The notes below the pieces were generated by a model. The model made no database searches. It was not told where the DNA came from and worked only from the letters and a program-made list of their open reading frames with translations. From an uncultured archaeon (GTDB lineage Archaea > Asgardarchaeota > Thorarchaeia > Thorarchaeales > Thorarchaeaceae): DNA of 64,000 nt. The first letter of the stretch is position 1. Every line of letters begins with the position of its first letter. Shown one piece after another: positions 47,496 through 58,206 of the stretch. Where the stretch lies: NCBI GenBank assembly GCA_964558645.1, contig CAZLEV010000004.1, positions 107,442 through 171,441 on the forward strand, in the 5' to 3' direction. The translations under genes and the position numbers were made by a program.

Positions 47496-48412
47496 GCCAT
47501 CTCAGACAGGTCACCGAGTTCACTTGCGCTGTATGCAATGAGAAGCTCGAACTCGATCCGAATGATCAAACTACCTTTGATTCCAAGACTAACCATGAGA
47601 AGTTCTTTGGAATGCAGTTGACGACGTATCGAGTGTCGCATGAGACAGGTGAAGAACGCCATGTCAACACCATAATAGTGGATCACGTGGGATTCTTTCG
47701 CGGGCATAAGGACGCATTTACCGAGTCGATTGACAGAGACCTAAAGAGAGCGGAGAGGCCATACTGGGTTGCCGAACAACGCCCCGCTTCGCTCACATCC
47801 CATCAATACTTGGACTTGTTCTTCGTCATAGACACAGAAGACAACTGGGTTCTTGAGATCGTGAATTCGGCTCGAGTTAGGGCTCTAGAACTCGCTAGAC
47901 TCATAGATGAGAGAATCTCCGAAATCAGACGGCTCTATGACGTTATGCCCGATCATTTGTCATTGACACTGGGAGACCAGGACCTGCGATTGTGGATGAA
48001 GGAAACACGCGTGGTTGTGGCAAGTCTGAAAAGCCCAGCGTGCTTTTCGGCCGTTGAGGCATTAGCACAAGAAATCCTAAGAGTATCACACCCAGACACT
48101 CTTCCTGAAAAGAGACTTCTTGTCTTGGCTCTGCAGTCCATAGCCCTTCAGCCAAGAATCGACGTCAATGTTGTGCGACGCCTCGTATCGGACGATCGGC
48201 TATTCACAACAGTGGACTTCCCTTATACTTCACGGATCCAGAGTATTGTTTCTCGCCTAGAGCGTCGATTTCCGCTTGCCAACGATGTTCTGGTCCCACT
48301 GCTCAGTGGTAGAGCGAACGTCATTGACCTTCTAGAAGAGGGGCATATCAATGACATATCGACCATTTTCGAGCTGCTCGACTTTGTGGATAGGAGGGGG
48401 TTACTTGAATGA
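47492..48412 (+). CDS. Hypothetical protein with N-terminal CxxC...H...H metal-binding domain, coupled to the GTPase
   Basis: CAVC...SH...RH...VDHVGFFRG; SD GGAGGTG; 4-bp overlap with the GTPase stop. Confidence 0.7.
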   Translation: MSHLRQVTEFTCAVCNEKLELDPNDQTTFDSKTNHEKFFGMQLTTYRVSHETGEERHVNTIIVDHVGFFRGHKDAFTESIDRDLKRAERPYWVAEQRPASLTSHQYLDLFFVIDTEDNWVLEIVNSARVRALELARLIDERISEIRRLYDVMPDHLSLTLGDQDLRLWMKETRVVVASLKSPACFSAVEALAQEILRVSHPDTLPEKRLLVLALQSIALQPRIDVNVVRRLVSDDRLFTTVDFPYTSRIQSIVSRLERRFPLANDVLVPLLSGRANVIDLLEEGHINDISTIFELLDFVDRRGLLE

Positions 48413-48429
48413 GGGAGAGTGAGTAAGAA

Positions 48430-49470
48430 GTGCTACGAAAGCTGAAAGCATGGAAAGAACTGATGAAGCTCGGACTGAATGTATCCAAGCTCCGGAAGGA
48501 TATTGACATGTTCTTCCGTGGAAACGTCCTTGATGTACTTCGAAATGAGGGATGGTTTGAGTATCTGAAGAGGCCTCACACCATCATGCAGCTAGCTGCT
48601 GAGTTCAAGTATCAGGACATTGAATTCTTGAACTACCTCCTTGAATTGCTTGTCGAGGATGGTGCCATCACAAAGATAGATGATGAACTCTATCAGGTCA
48701 CTGGGGAGATAGACTTTGGGTGGACCTGTCCCAGCTGTTTTGATGAAGCCATGATAGAACTCTGGGTGGATCATGCAAGGGCAATACCGGGACGATTACG
48801 TGGTGAATACCTTTCGTTCACTGGGGGACTCAATCTCTTCAACTGGGATGATGCCCTCTCGAATAGGCTCTATGAACAGATACGAAGAGCCGCCTTCGTC
48901 TTTGCTGATGCGCTAAGCGAGCCAGTTAGATTCCTGGATGTTGGATGCGGCAATGGTAGAGGCACTGCAGCAATCTGGTCTTACTACTACAAGAACGGGT
49001 ATTTCACTCCCGAGGGACAGATGAAGATTTTCGGCGTCGATCCCAGTGATCAACTCCTTCGAATTGCCAATGAAGAGTTTCCTCAGATGGTTCAGGACTA
49101 CAATGGATATGATGCCACAGTAATGGAAACTGTTGAGAAGTATCCCGTGACATTCAGCAAGGGTTATGCAGAGGATATACCATTTGATGACGAGACCTTT
49201 GATGTGGTGTATGCGTCCCAAGTCCTTCACTGGACCAACCCGAAGAAGGCTGTTCAGGAGATGCTTCGAGTTCTGCGACCGGGCGGGTATCTCTTCGGCA
49301 CCCAAAACTTCTACCCCCATGCTAACAAGTTCAACGAGGCCCACTTCAAGGTGGTTGAGGGGGCACATGGGTTCTTCTACAGAGAAGACTTAGAAGGATG
49401 GGCACGGGAGCTGGGGGCAAGCCTTGTTGAGACTGCTACGCCCGTATCCGTATTCAAAATCACAAAATAG
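48430..49470 (+). CDS. Class I SAM-dependent methyltransferase
   Basis: FLDVGCGNG, GVDPS, AEDIPFDDETFDVV, RVLRPGG. Confidence 0.9.
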   Translation: MLRKLKAWKELMKLGLNVSKLRKDIDMFFRGNVLDVLRNEGWFEYLKRPHTIMQLAAEFKYQDIEFLNYLLELLVEDGAITKIDDELYQVTGEIDFGWTCPSCFDEAMIELWVDHARAIPGRLRGEYLSFTGGLNLFNWDDALSNRLYEQIRRAAFVFADALSEPVRFLDVGCGNGRGTAAIWSYYYKNGYFTPEGQMKIFGVDPSDQLLRIANEEFPQMVQDYNGYDATVMETVEKYPVTFSKGYAEDIPFDDETFDVVYASQVLHWTNPKKAVQEMLRVLRPGGYLFGTQNFYPHANKFNEAHFKVVEGAHGFFYREDLEGWARELGASLVETATPVSVFKITK

Positions 49471-49486
49471 AGAATCGCTCTTGGGC

Positions 49487-50608
49487 TCAGACCTTGTCGA
49501 GAATCTCATCAACCATGAAAGACCTGTCAGATCTCCAGCTGCCTGTTTCTTCATCGAAAGTTTCAGGCCAGATGTGATACAGGAGTGAATGCTTATAGTC
49601 CAGAATGCTGACTTTCATCTCCAACATCCTATCGAATAGGCCATTCAAGAATGGAGAGATATGTTCTTGGGGTAGGCGAACGAACCAGAAGAATGAGTCT
49701 TCGGTTATTCGAAAGGTTGACTCAAAAGGGATTGGATATCCCTCCAATTTCACGAAGAGATGCTGCAAGTACTCAGGCTTCCCTCTTCCTGTTACCAATA
49801 CGCTATTCAGGATATCAAAGGGTTCTTCGGCAAAGGTCACTCTGAAGCCATCGATGAATTCATCTTTTATGACCTGAAGATGTCTGCTGAATGTCTGAGG
49901 AGTAAAGTCCACATCTCTTTCCTTTAGAGATTCAATGATATCGGTATTCATTCTCCTGGAACCAATCATCATCTCTCGGATGATGTGAAGGTCATCCTGA
50001 GAGAACCATGATGGAAGAGACTCCGATGGTTCAATCTCCTGATGCTTGAACTTCGTCTTTGCTTCTTTGGCATGCCATGCCTCCCAGTCAAATGTCCATG
50101 ATCTTGTTTCATCATCCCATCCGTCCAGAGACATTGACGTATATTGGACATCGGAATCGGTCTTGGTTAGAATCTGATATCTTCGGATGACTTCTCGCTC
50201 TCTCAACTCATCAAAGAACTCTTCCATAAGAGCGCGAGTTCCACGGGGTATCCGAAATTGTACAAGCAACCCATTTGTAGATCCGAAGCATCTGCTCCTA
50301 TATGCAGTATATGGATGCTCTCGAGCAACCTTCTCTACTGTCTTGGCGTGCTTGAGAGAGGCCACTTCAATAAGCACGTCAAATTCCTCTAGACCCAACT
50401 TATGATAGCTCAGCAGGGGTTTGACAACGAAATACCGCTTTGGGGGAGTTTCATCATCCAAGGGCTCCTCGCCTTGAAGCACACGAAGACGCTTGATTGC
50501 TGTTGGTTTGGAAATCCCGGCTATATCAGCCAATTCCTCCATTGTTCCAAAGGGATTTCCCTGTATTGCGATCAACAGAGACAGGTAGTCGTGTATCTTC
50601 TTTGCCAT
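49487..50608 (-). CDS. Double-HTH (Lrp/AsnC-like) regulator, shorter relative of the 13.7/19.9 kb proteins
   Basis: TMEELADIAGISKPTAIKRL HTH, second HTH TPQTFSRHL, C-terminal PETFDEETGSW matching PAELWDKDRQLW. Confidence 0.72.
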   Translation of the reverse strand: MAKKIHDYLSLLIAIQGNPFGTMEELADIAGISKPTAIKRLRVLQGEEPLDDETPPKRYFVVKPLLSYHKLGLEEFDVLIEVASLKHAKTVEKVAREHPYTAYRSRCFGSTNGLLVQFRIPRGTRALMEEFFDELREREVIRRYQILTKTDSDVQYTSMSLDGWDDETRSWTFDWEAWHAKEAKTKFKHQEIEPSESLPSWFSQDDLHIIREMMIGSRRMNTDIIESLKERDVDFTPQTFSRHLQVIKDEFIDGFRVTFAEEPFDILNSVLVTGRGKPEYLQHLFVKLEGYPIPFESTFRITEDSFFWFVRLPQEHISPFLNGLFDRMLEMKVSILDYKHSLLYHIWPETFDEETGSWRSDRSFMVDEILDKV

Positions 50609-50660
50609 TGCCTCACCTTCCGTCGAAGAAGGAAGATGGTTCCTTCAGCGGGAACCAAGT

Positions 50661-51164
50661 CTACGTTCCGGTCACATTTGAGATGATAATTGCTTTTTCC
50701 GTCAAGGGTGGACCGGGGTCTCCACCTTCAGGGGGATCAAAGTCCACTGTGGCGTAGGCGTAGTCAAATGAAGAACCTGTAAAGGCGAATGCAAGCACAT
50801 CGAATCGATACCAGCCAGATTCCGTGGCTATATTGAACCAGTAGATTGAAACTGTGATGGTGTTATACCCACCTTCCACTTCGACAAGGTGATGATACAT
50901 CCGTCCTGACGGAAGTGTCACCGCTGCTCCAATTAGGGTAAAGGATATGTCTTCGCCCCCTGTTGACGCTAGCACTGTGCAGATTGTCAGCACATCGTCG
51001 GCCCGATTATCTGCATCGAGGTCCAGGTAGTTGGCATAGTCAATTGTGGCATCGATTTCCACATCTTCTCGTGGATTGAAACTAAAGCATTCCGCCGAAG
51101 ATGGGAGAGCAAAGGCAATGCACACCAGAATAAACACGAGGATGAATCGCTTCTTCGAAGGCAT
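50661..51164 (-). CDS. Secreted beta-rich hypothetical protein
   Basis: Signal peptide MPSKKRFILVFILV...; DLDADNRADD Ca-binding-like loop; C-terminal FDPPEGGDPGPP. Confidence 0.72.
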   Translation of the reverse strand: MPSKKRFILVFILVCIAFALPSSAECFSFNPREDVEIDATIDYANYLDLDADNRADDVLTICTVLASTGGEDISFTLIGAAVTLPSGRMYHHLVEVEGGYNTITVSIYWFNIATESGWYRFDVLAFAFTGSSFDYAYATVDFDPPEGGDPGPPLTEKAIIISNVTGT

Positions 51165-51379
51165 TGTCGAACCTCAATGATATACTGGTAAAGTTACATA
51201 TATGTGTTTTTCCTTTTATATCATACTGGGGCTTCGGACGGTTGACTAGGAGCCAGATAGACATGGAAAGAGCTCAGACATCCCACGGAGGACACTAGAC
51301 AGGAACTCCTAGAATCTCGTATGAAGATGCTAAACCTATTCCGAATTGACAGGGACTCTGAAGGCATACCCAGGTTCGC

Positions 51380-54304
51380 CTACTTCAAGAACAAAGAGGG
51401 GCGGCCGGGAAGTGCGAATCGTGCCTTATTCTCTGGGTCATAGTCTGGAGCATCGGCTGAGTGGACAGACACATCCATCCCCAATTCATTCGACATGTAG
51501 TCGGCAGACTCCTGAAGAGCCTCCAATTCCTCATCAGAACTTGATGAGTACTCCCACAGACCGTTTTCTTTCATAATCCGGTCCACGATAGACTTGACAT
51601 CTTGACCATGCTTTCTCATTGCAGGGTCAGACATCAGGTATTTCATCAGGTCACTCACAACAAAGGACACATCAGAGTCTCTTATCATATCTAGCGCCTC
51701 GAACATCCACTGCTCAGCAACGTAGACATGTACGGCTTCTTTCTTCTGGCCCTTCAAGAGTTTCTGGATCTCACGAATGTCGCGAATTGTCGCGTCTACC
51801 ACACGATGAGACCGCTCAATAGACTGGTCAATGAGTTGTTCATCGGCCTCAGGCCACGGTGCGAAGGATACAAACCCGTCGTGTCCCATCTGCGACCAGA
51901 ACTCCTCGCAAATGTGCGGGGCAATCGGAGCAAAAAAGCGAACCCAGATATCACAGATGTAGGCCAGTGTGCCCTCCCGTTCCTTCTCAGGCACTCCGGG
52001 TCGGGAGAGGTAGTCATTCACCATCCCGATCATCTCTGAGGTAGCCATTATGGCATAGTCCCTCAGCCTGAAACGCTCAACATAGTCCGTTGCATCTCGG
52101 ACGATGGAGTTTACCCGTGATAGCGCCCATCTTGTGATAGTCTTGGACTTGTCCTTCTTGTGATAGACCTCTGGCGTGTGCTTAGAATACTTGCTCATAA
52201 TGTCGGCAAACTGGCGTAGTCGGTTCCTGACTGCAGGTACATCCTTCTCTCGCCAGTCCATCAGACTTCCGGGCTCTGCGGCAGATATTGCATAGGTGCG
52301 ATAGATATCTGCGCCATACTTCTGAGGTATCTCAACCAACGGGATGACATTACCCTTACTCTTTGACATCTTGCCGCCCTCCATGTTCACGTGCTCATTC
52401 AGACTGATGCATTGCAGCCAATGCTTCTTTGGAAATATAGCTACATGATGAAAGATGGCAAAGCTCAGGTGGTTCGATATATGAGAGGGGGCGGTGTGAC
52501 GCTGGTCGTTGGGATACCAGTATAGGAACTCTTCTCGCATTGATTCGAGCAGTTCTTCGTCAATCCCTGTCTCGCCAGCCAAATCCTTAGGCTTACCCTT
52601 ACCCAAGAAGACATAGTCGAAGAAGCTTAGACTCAGCTGGTCGGGCAGAATCTTGTTAGACGTGATTTTGTGAACGATGGTGTAGAAGGCCATATAGATG
52701 GTGGAGTCGGACAATGACTCGATTATCCATTCCTTGTCAAATGGCAGACGGGTGCCAATACCTCGCTTTCTCGCACAGGGACGCTGGGTCAACCAGTCGA
52801 AGGTTGCCTCAAACAGGTTCCTGAAGGTATGAGGGACAATCTCCATCTCGTCAAGTGCCTCTCGGGCCTTCTCTTTCCATCCTGGCGACTGATAATCGAG
52901 GAACCACTGTCCTGCAAACACACCCACTTGAACATCAGTGCCGCACTTGCAGATGACGGGTCGCTGGTCTGGTTCGTAGAACACATCGCATCGGTTATTG
53001 CTCTTCAGCCATCTGACAACACCTTGCTTCACATCCTTGATGGGGCGGCCGGAGAACTGCATGCAATTGTCCTTCATAACACCATCATAGAACTCGGCCT
53101 TGTAGACCTCCTGTGTTGCCTCTTCGAGAGCGATATCTTCATCCTGCGACTTGATATCTCGTTTCTCAACAGCCTCTTTTGCGGGGTAATCGCCGTAACC
53201 CTCGATATCGATCATGCCTATGATCTCGATAGCACGGACCTCTTCTGCAGAGATGCCGTACTTCTCCAGACCAGATGGATTGTCCCACAGGTCTCGCAGA
53301 GCAATGTAGTCAAAGGGTGCATGACCGGGGACCGAGTAGACCACACCAGTCGCGTTCTTCGGATTCACGAAGTCAGCAGGAAGGATGAGAATCTCGTGGT
53401 CATCATGGATGGCCTTGAAGCGTTCACCTATGATTTGCTTGCCCCTGAACTCGTCGACAATCTCGATCTCCTTGGCCTGAAGATCCAGCTTCTCCGCCGC
53501 CTCTTTCGAGATAACCCATTTCTCATTGTCAACCCTTGCCCAGACATAGGTGGCTTCAGGATTTATCCACATGTTTGTGATTCCGAAGATGGTCTCAGGC
53601 CGCAGGGTAGCAGCCACCAAGAAACCATCCTTGAAGGGAAACTTGATTGCAGTGAACTCTTTGATCTTGGCGGTCTCGCCCTCCAGGAGGTCGTCTTCAC
53701 CAACAGGATTGCCGCAGTTGGGACAGTACAGCAACGGATAGTCCCCCTGCTTGATGTACCCCTTGTCCATAAACTTGTGATATTGCCACTCAATGAACTT
53801 GTTGTATATCTTGTCCCCTGTTGTGAACTTCCGCCTCCAGTCGATACTATAGCCCAGTGCCTTAAAATCTGATGAGATTGCATCGGCAAAGAACTTGGCA
53901 GTGGTCCAAGGATCAGTGAATCTCTCCAGTTGCTCTTCCACTTCCTCCTCAGTGTCCAGATATAGCCGGAGGTCACGCTTGTATTGCTCCACCGCCTCTT
54001 CATCTCCAGCCTTGATCCGCTCCACCATTCCGAGAATCGGAGTGCCAGTCATGTGAGAGGCCATCGGAAACAGCACATTGTAACCCTGCATTCGTCTGTA
54101 GCGTGCAATCATGTCACCTATTGTATAGGTTCGTCCGTGCCCAATGTGCAGAGCTCCGTTCGTGTACGGATAAGGAACGGTCAGGAAGAAGTCTTCTCTA
54201 TTGGGGTCAGGATCAGCCTCGAATGCTTCAGCCTCTGCCCATCTTTCTTGCCACTTCTTCTCTATGTCTTGGAAGTCGATATCAGTCACTGTGTTTGGCC
54301 TCAA
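51380..54304 (-). CDS. leuS: Leucine--tRNA ligase (archaeal type)
   Basis: PYPYTNGALHIGH, ATLRPET, IESLSDSTIY, KMSKS. Confidence 0.97.
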   Translation of the reverse strand: MRPNTVTDIDFQDIEKKWQERWAEAEAFEADPDPNREDFFLTVPYPYTNGALHIGHGRTYTIGDMIARYRRMQGYNVLFPMASHMTGTPILGMVERIKAGDEEAVEQYKRDLRLYLDTEEEVEEQLERFTDPWTTAKFFADAISSDFKALGYSIDWRRKFTTGDKIYNKFIEWQYHKFMDKGYIKQGDYPLLYCPNCGNPVGEDDLLEGETAKIKEFTAIKFPFKDGFLVAATLRPETIFGITNMWINPEATYVWARVDNEKWVISKEAAEKLDLQAKEIEIVDEFRGKQIIGERFKAIHDDHEILILPADFVNPKNATGVVYSVPGHAPFDYIALRDLWDNPSGLEKYGISAEEVRAIEIIGMIDIEGYGDYPAKEAVEKRDIKSQDEDIALEEATQEVYKAEFYDGVMKDNCMQFSGRPIKDVKQGVVRWLKSNNRCDVFYEPDQRPVICKCGTDVQVGVFAGQWFLDYQSPGWKEKAREALDEMEIVPHTFRNLFEATFDWLTQRPCARKRGIGTRLPFDKEWIIESLSDSTIYMAFYTIVHKITSNKILPDQLSLSFFDYVFLGKGKPKDLAGETGIDEELLESMREEFLYWYPNDQRHTAPSHISNHLSFAIFHHVAIFPKKHWLQCISLNEHVNMEGGKMSKSKGNVIPLVEIPQKYGADIYRTYAISAAEPGSLMDWREKDVPAVRNRLRQFADIMSKYSKHTPEVYHKKDKSKTITRWALSRVNSIVRDATDYVERFRLRDYAIMATSEMIGMVNDYLSRPGVPEKEREGTLAYICDIWVRFFAPIAPHICEEFWSQMGHDGFVSFAPWPEADEQLIDQSIERSHRVVDATIRDIREIQKLLKGQKKEAVHVYVAEQWMFEALDMIRDSDVSFVVSDLMKYLMSDPAMRKHGQDVKSIVDRIMKENGLWEYSSSSDEELEALQESADYMSNELGMDVSVHSADAPDYDPENKARFALPGRPSLFLK

Positions 54305-54537
54305 CTGGTCTGATGTTGATTGAAGAGCGAGATGGAGAGTCCGCTATAAAGGACTCGAAAAAGGAGTTATCGCAGGTTACTGAGAACGCAATCCATCCTG
54401 GCTCACTCTGTTCTTGTTGATGCCAACAGGGCCTTATTAGGAATATGGTCAAAACCAGTTGGCCAACATGCATACTATGGTCCCCAGAAAATGTGCGCTA
54501 AAGATAAAGTGAAAAGGAGAACCCACGGGAACCGCCT

Positions 54538-55173
54538 ATGCTCCCAGACTGGATGATCACAGGCGACGAATTCGTAGACATTCACGCAGAACTTCACGAC
54601 TACAGTCAAGTAGTCCAACTTCTTCGAACAATAGAAGAAGAGGAGAGCCTGAAGCGGTACCTCAACGGACACAACTCGGGAGCGAGATGGTTCTTCCAAG
54701 TCTACAGTAAAGAGTTTGTGGAAGAGCTTGCAGATATCATCAACGGCATTGTCCGGTCGTCAGGACGAGTGGGTCCCGTTCTTGAGGTGATGAGTGGGGA
54801 TGGTCGACTGCGTGACTTTCTTGAGCCGATGGTCGAAAGAACTCTGATTGCCACCGATGTACGCACAGGAAGATACAACATCGCCTACCCGAAAGAAGTG
54901 GTCAAGATTGACGCACTTGCTGCAGTCGATACATACAATCCAGCAGTCGTGATCTGTTCCTGGGAACCCTATCTCTCCATGACAGGGATTGAGATAGCGA
55001 ATCTTGGAGTGCCGTTCATCTGGATAGGAGACTCGGAGATGTGTGGGCATCCAGACCTTCTGAGTCTTGATCACATCTCAGTGGACAGCAGGTACGCCCT
55101 CGGCAAACATGACTCCATTAAGGAGAAGGAGTTCAGAACTGAGATTCTGATCTACAACTGCAGTCCGTCTTGA
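54538..55173 (+). CDS. SAM-methyltransferase-like hypothetical protein
   Basis: VLEVMSGDGRL...LIATD...VVICSW. Confidence 0.65.
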   Translation: MLPDWMITGDEFVDIHAELHDYSQVVQLLRTIEEEESLKRYLNGHNSGARWFFQVYSKEFVEELADIINGIVRSSGRVGPVLEVMSGDGRLRDFLEPMVERTLIATDVRTGRYNIAYPKEVVKIDALAAVDTYNPAVVICSWEPYLSMTGIEIANLGVPFIWIGDSEMCGHPDLLSLDHISVDSRYALGKHDSIKEKEFRTEILIYNCSPS

Positions 55174-55253
55174 GTGCAGCAAGAAGCAAGTGATACATCG
55201 TTTCATATTGATAATCATAGTACTTCACATACAAGACAGGAGAAGGTCAACCC

Positions 55254-56195
55254 ATGGTGAAGCCAGCAGTTGATGCAGTGGACATCGATCTCAAGACAGG
55301 AAGCACTCTAGGTTTCTATACATTCGGAGAGGACCGACCCAATTTACTCATCGTTTCCGCCATGAATGGGCTTTCTGCCACGGATGTCTACACAAGCTTT
55401 CTCGTGATGAAACACCTCAAGCCCCTCAGCCGGATAGACGGCTCTGTGACCGTCTTGCCAGTTGCCAATCCTCTAACATTCAGACTGGGTATGGAGGTCT
55501 CACCTCTTGATTCTAGGGCGCTTGACTCCGCATTCCCTGGAGATGAGAGAGGCACTGTCACACAGCGAACTGCATGGGAGATATGGAGAAAGGCATCCCA
55601 AGCAGACTACGTCATCCACCTCCGCAGCAGCTGGCAGTCCTGTGTGAGCCATATTGTGGCTTTACACCGAGACTACATCCATGTGAGAAACATGGCGTCA
55701 CAGATTTCTCTTCCTCTTGTTGTGCAGAGTACTGGAGAGAGAGGAGCCCTCTCAACGGAGGCAGCCCATGACGGCATTCCTGTGGTCTCGATCGAGATGC
55801 GCGGGAATAGAGGACAGGTGGAGACCCAAGCAGCAGTAGAAGTCAGAGAGGCTATCGTCAACTTCCTAAGAATCAAGGGCATGATTCCGGGAGACCCCTT
55901 AGAGGCTTCAAACACCTTGACAGGAACAATGCATCATGTCAACGTGGACACGGAGGGTTTCTTCATCCCCACCGTGAGTCTTGGCGAGGTCGTAGGTGCC
56001 GAGGACGTAATTGGGAGGGTGGAAGATAAGAAGGACATTCGTTCACCCTATGATGGAGCCATAGTCTCCATGAACCCGATGAGTTATGTCTTCGAGGGGG
56101 ACAGTATAGGAAGAATCGCTGCGCCACTTGTTGATCAATGGACAGGTCGTCAACAGGAGGAAGAGAGGGACAAACCAGTTCGAAGGAAATGGTAG
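55254..56195 (+). CDS. AstE/AspA (M14) family protein with degenerate Zn site
   Basis: GSVTVLPVANP, FPGDERGT, ADYVIHL, C-terminal biotinyl-like barrel (IRSPYDGAI). Confidence 0.8.
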   Translation: MVKPAVDAVDIDLKTGSTLGFYTFGEDRPNLLIVSAMNGLSATDVYTSFLVMKHLKPLSRIDGSVTVLPVANPLTFRLGMEVSPLDSRALDSAFPGDERGTVTQRTAWEIWRKASQADYVIHLRSSWQSCVSHIVALHRDYIHVRNMASQISLPLVVQSTGERGALSTEAAHDGIPVVSIEMRGNRGQVETQAAVEVREAIVNFLRIKGMIPGDPLEASNTLTGTMHHVNVDTEGFFIPTVSLGEVVGAEDVIGRVEDKKDIRSPYDGAIVSMNPMSYVFEGDSIGRIAAPLVDQWTGRQQEEERDKPVRRKW

Positions 56196-56196
56196 T

Positions 56197-56667
56197 ATGA
56201 GCAATGACGACATCGAGTACTTGATGCGGATCAATGTTGGCGACAACAGAATGCGCGAAAAGGGCCGCATTCTCTTGATTGGAAGCTGCATGAGAAGTAG
56301 ATATCCTGAGATTGTTGAAGAGTTCAGAGCAATGGATGGTGGGCAGGCAGTACTTGAGGTATGTCTTGAGGAAACACATGTCAACCAGGCAGGCTTCAAG
56401 ATTGGTTCGATTGTGCGATACTCCGATATCAAGAAGTTGATTGCCTTAACCGTCGATGGAAGCCCACATTGCGTCCAGCTTCACTATGTGATAGAGGATG
56501 TCAAGCGTCACTTCACACCAGAGGTAGAACTGGATCATCACGTTGTGGAGCGAGGAGAGGTTCATGAAATATCCTCAGAGGCAGTGAAGAGGTCCAGACA
56601 TCTGTCTAAGATACAGAAGATGCTCAACAAGGGAAGTACCTCATCCTTATCGTCTCAGTCGGGGTAA
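56197..56667 (+). CDS. Fe-S-associated protein (domain usually fused to 4Fe-4S ferredoxins)
   Basis: LLIGSC, VCLE, TVDGSPHCVQL, SRHLS. Confidence 0.7.
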   Translation: MSNDDIEYLMRINVGDNRMREKGRILLIGSCMRSRYPEIVEEFRAMDGGQAVLEVCLEETHVNQAGFKIGSIVRYSDIKKLIALTVDGSPHCVQLHYVIEDVKRHFTPEVELDHHVVERGEVHEISSEAVKRSRHLSKIQKMLNKGSTSSLSSQSG

Positions 56668-57231
56668 CAGAAATCCCGCCTGTTCTTTGTATTTCTCGTA
56701 CTCCTCATCATAGTGGATGATGAGCTTTCTCTCCTCTAAGACTGCACCTATGATGGTATACGTAGACATGGCAATAGAGAAGAGAATGACACGGGGGAAG
56801 GGATAGATAAAAGCCAGACCTGAGAAGATGGCAACTGTTGCCAAGTAGAGAGGATGCCTGATTCGTGAGTATATTCCGTGAGTGACCAGCTCAGGCTGGC
56901 GATCTGTACGCATGTCGGCAACTGTAGTCACAGAGATGATCTGAGACGCAGCTGTGGCCACTACAAGTCCAAAGCCTATCAGTATAGCACCGAAGGACAC
57001 TGAGAGCCAATTCACCGAGGCGACATCGAGGAAATAGAACCAGTCCCAGAACCACATTGATAGAAACGCTACACTCAGAGCTATTACACTTGTGGCCTCG
57101 AAGATGATAGCATAACCATTCTTCCCCCATCTATCGATTATCCGCTGCTTCACAGGAAGGTGAGAAAGTCCGCTGTGCTGCAGCCCAAACAGTGTCACTC
57201 CAAGTATAATCCACATGTACTCTAGCATCAT
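56647..57231 (-). CDS. ICMT/PEMT-family membrane methyltransferase
   Basis: LVTHGIYSRIRHPLY, EERKL...Y..Y....GFLLP. Confidence 0.88.
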   Translation of the reverse strand: MMLEYMWIILGVTLFGLQHSGLSHLPVKQRIIDRWGKNGYAIIFEATSVIALSVAFLSMWFWDWFYFLDVASVNWLSVSFGAILIGFGLVVATAASQIISVTTVADMRTDRQPELVTHGIYSRIRHPLYLATVAIFSGLAFIYPFPRVILFSIAMSTYTIIGAVLEERKLIIHYDEEYEKYKEQAGFLLPRLRR

Positions 57232-57333
57232 GCACTCTCCAATCGCTCGATCCTCATTCAGTTGACATCATTCGCAATGCTTAAAAGCTCAGCCTCGTAC
57301 ATTAAACATAGTTAATTAAACATTGTTAATACG

Positions 57334-57915
57334 GTGATAATCATGGTTGATACAAAAAACCCCTTTACACCAATGGAGATATGGGAAGACACTCGCGTGG
57401 CTCTACGCGAGGATGACGAAGAAAAGAAGGTCGACGCAAAGCACTACCATGTGCGCTACATGGTCGGTGAGAGCGAGGACAAGCGATTTGTTGACGGAGG
57501 AGACGAAGATGTTTCCTCACTGTCTGACAAGAGTGTATACATGGTTCCTTCGATCCATCGAATCATGGACGAGCCATTCCACTACAACGTTTCTGCAGTC
57601 CATCAGGTAAGTGGGAGAGGAAACATCGAGGGCAGGATCAGACACCTCAAGCGAGCAGGTCAGTGTGAGAACCACGACATGGTAGAGGTTGCATTTCAAA
57701 GCGCGGGTGTTGAGTGCTGTGCAATGTCCAAAGAAGAGGCAGATAAGCAGCGTGCGCCGCTGAAGTACCTCGCGGGCTACCTGTTGGGGAGGAACGATGG
57801 CCTCTTGAAGATCGCACTCTCAAAGACTGAACTCGACTCTGGCGATACTTACTACGAGAGCATCCATATCATTCCCGAGGCGGTTGTGAAGGAATGGTCT
57901 TGCCTTGAGGCCTAG
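57334..57915 (+). CDS. Hypothetical protein
   Basis: 193-aa ORF with coding-like composition and AT-rich upstream region. Confidence 0.7.
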   Translation: MIIMVDTKNPFTPMEIWEDTRVALREDDEEKKVDAKHYHVRYMVGESEDKRFVDGGDEDVSSLSDKSVYMVPSIHRIMDEPFHYNVSAVHQVSGRGNIEGRIRHLKRAGQCENHDMVEVAFQSAGVECCAMSKEEADKQRAPLKYLAGYLLGRNDGLLKIALSKTELDSGDTYYESIHIIPEAVVKEWSCLEA

Positions 57916-58206
57916 ATCATATTCAAACCAATGCATATGAAGAATTGATGGCGGGCGCCCCGAAACAGAGGCGATAATGGTCGTTTCTCAAGGTGTGGCT
58001 CGCCGCTCCCTCTTTTTTCTTGTTCAGAAACAACTCCATGTAGCTGAATTCGTGCTGTGATACACTTGCATTCAAATGCTTAGACTTAAATATTCAAAAT
58101 GTGGCCGCCAACTTCGCAACTCCTCTCGGAATGCAGTTTTATCCACTGTTTCTGGTCCGATGCTGAGGACCAACCCTGATGAGGACCCTCCAAAGGTGAA
58201 GAAGAA

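Noticed and set aside
56647-57231. ICMT-like enzyme as modifier of the small GTPase
   Set aside because: The GTPase has no C-terminal Cys/CaaX, and this family is widespread in prokaryotes.
57945-58022. Structured intergenic stretch before a T-run as an ncRNA
   Set aside because: Consistent with an ordinary terminator; no recognisable ncRNA or SECIS motif.
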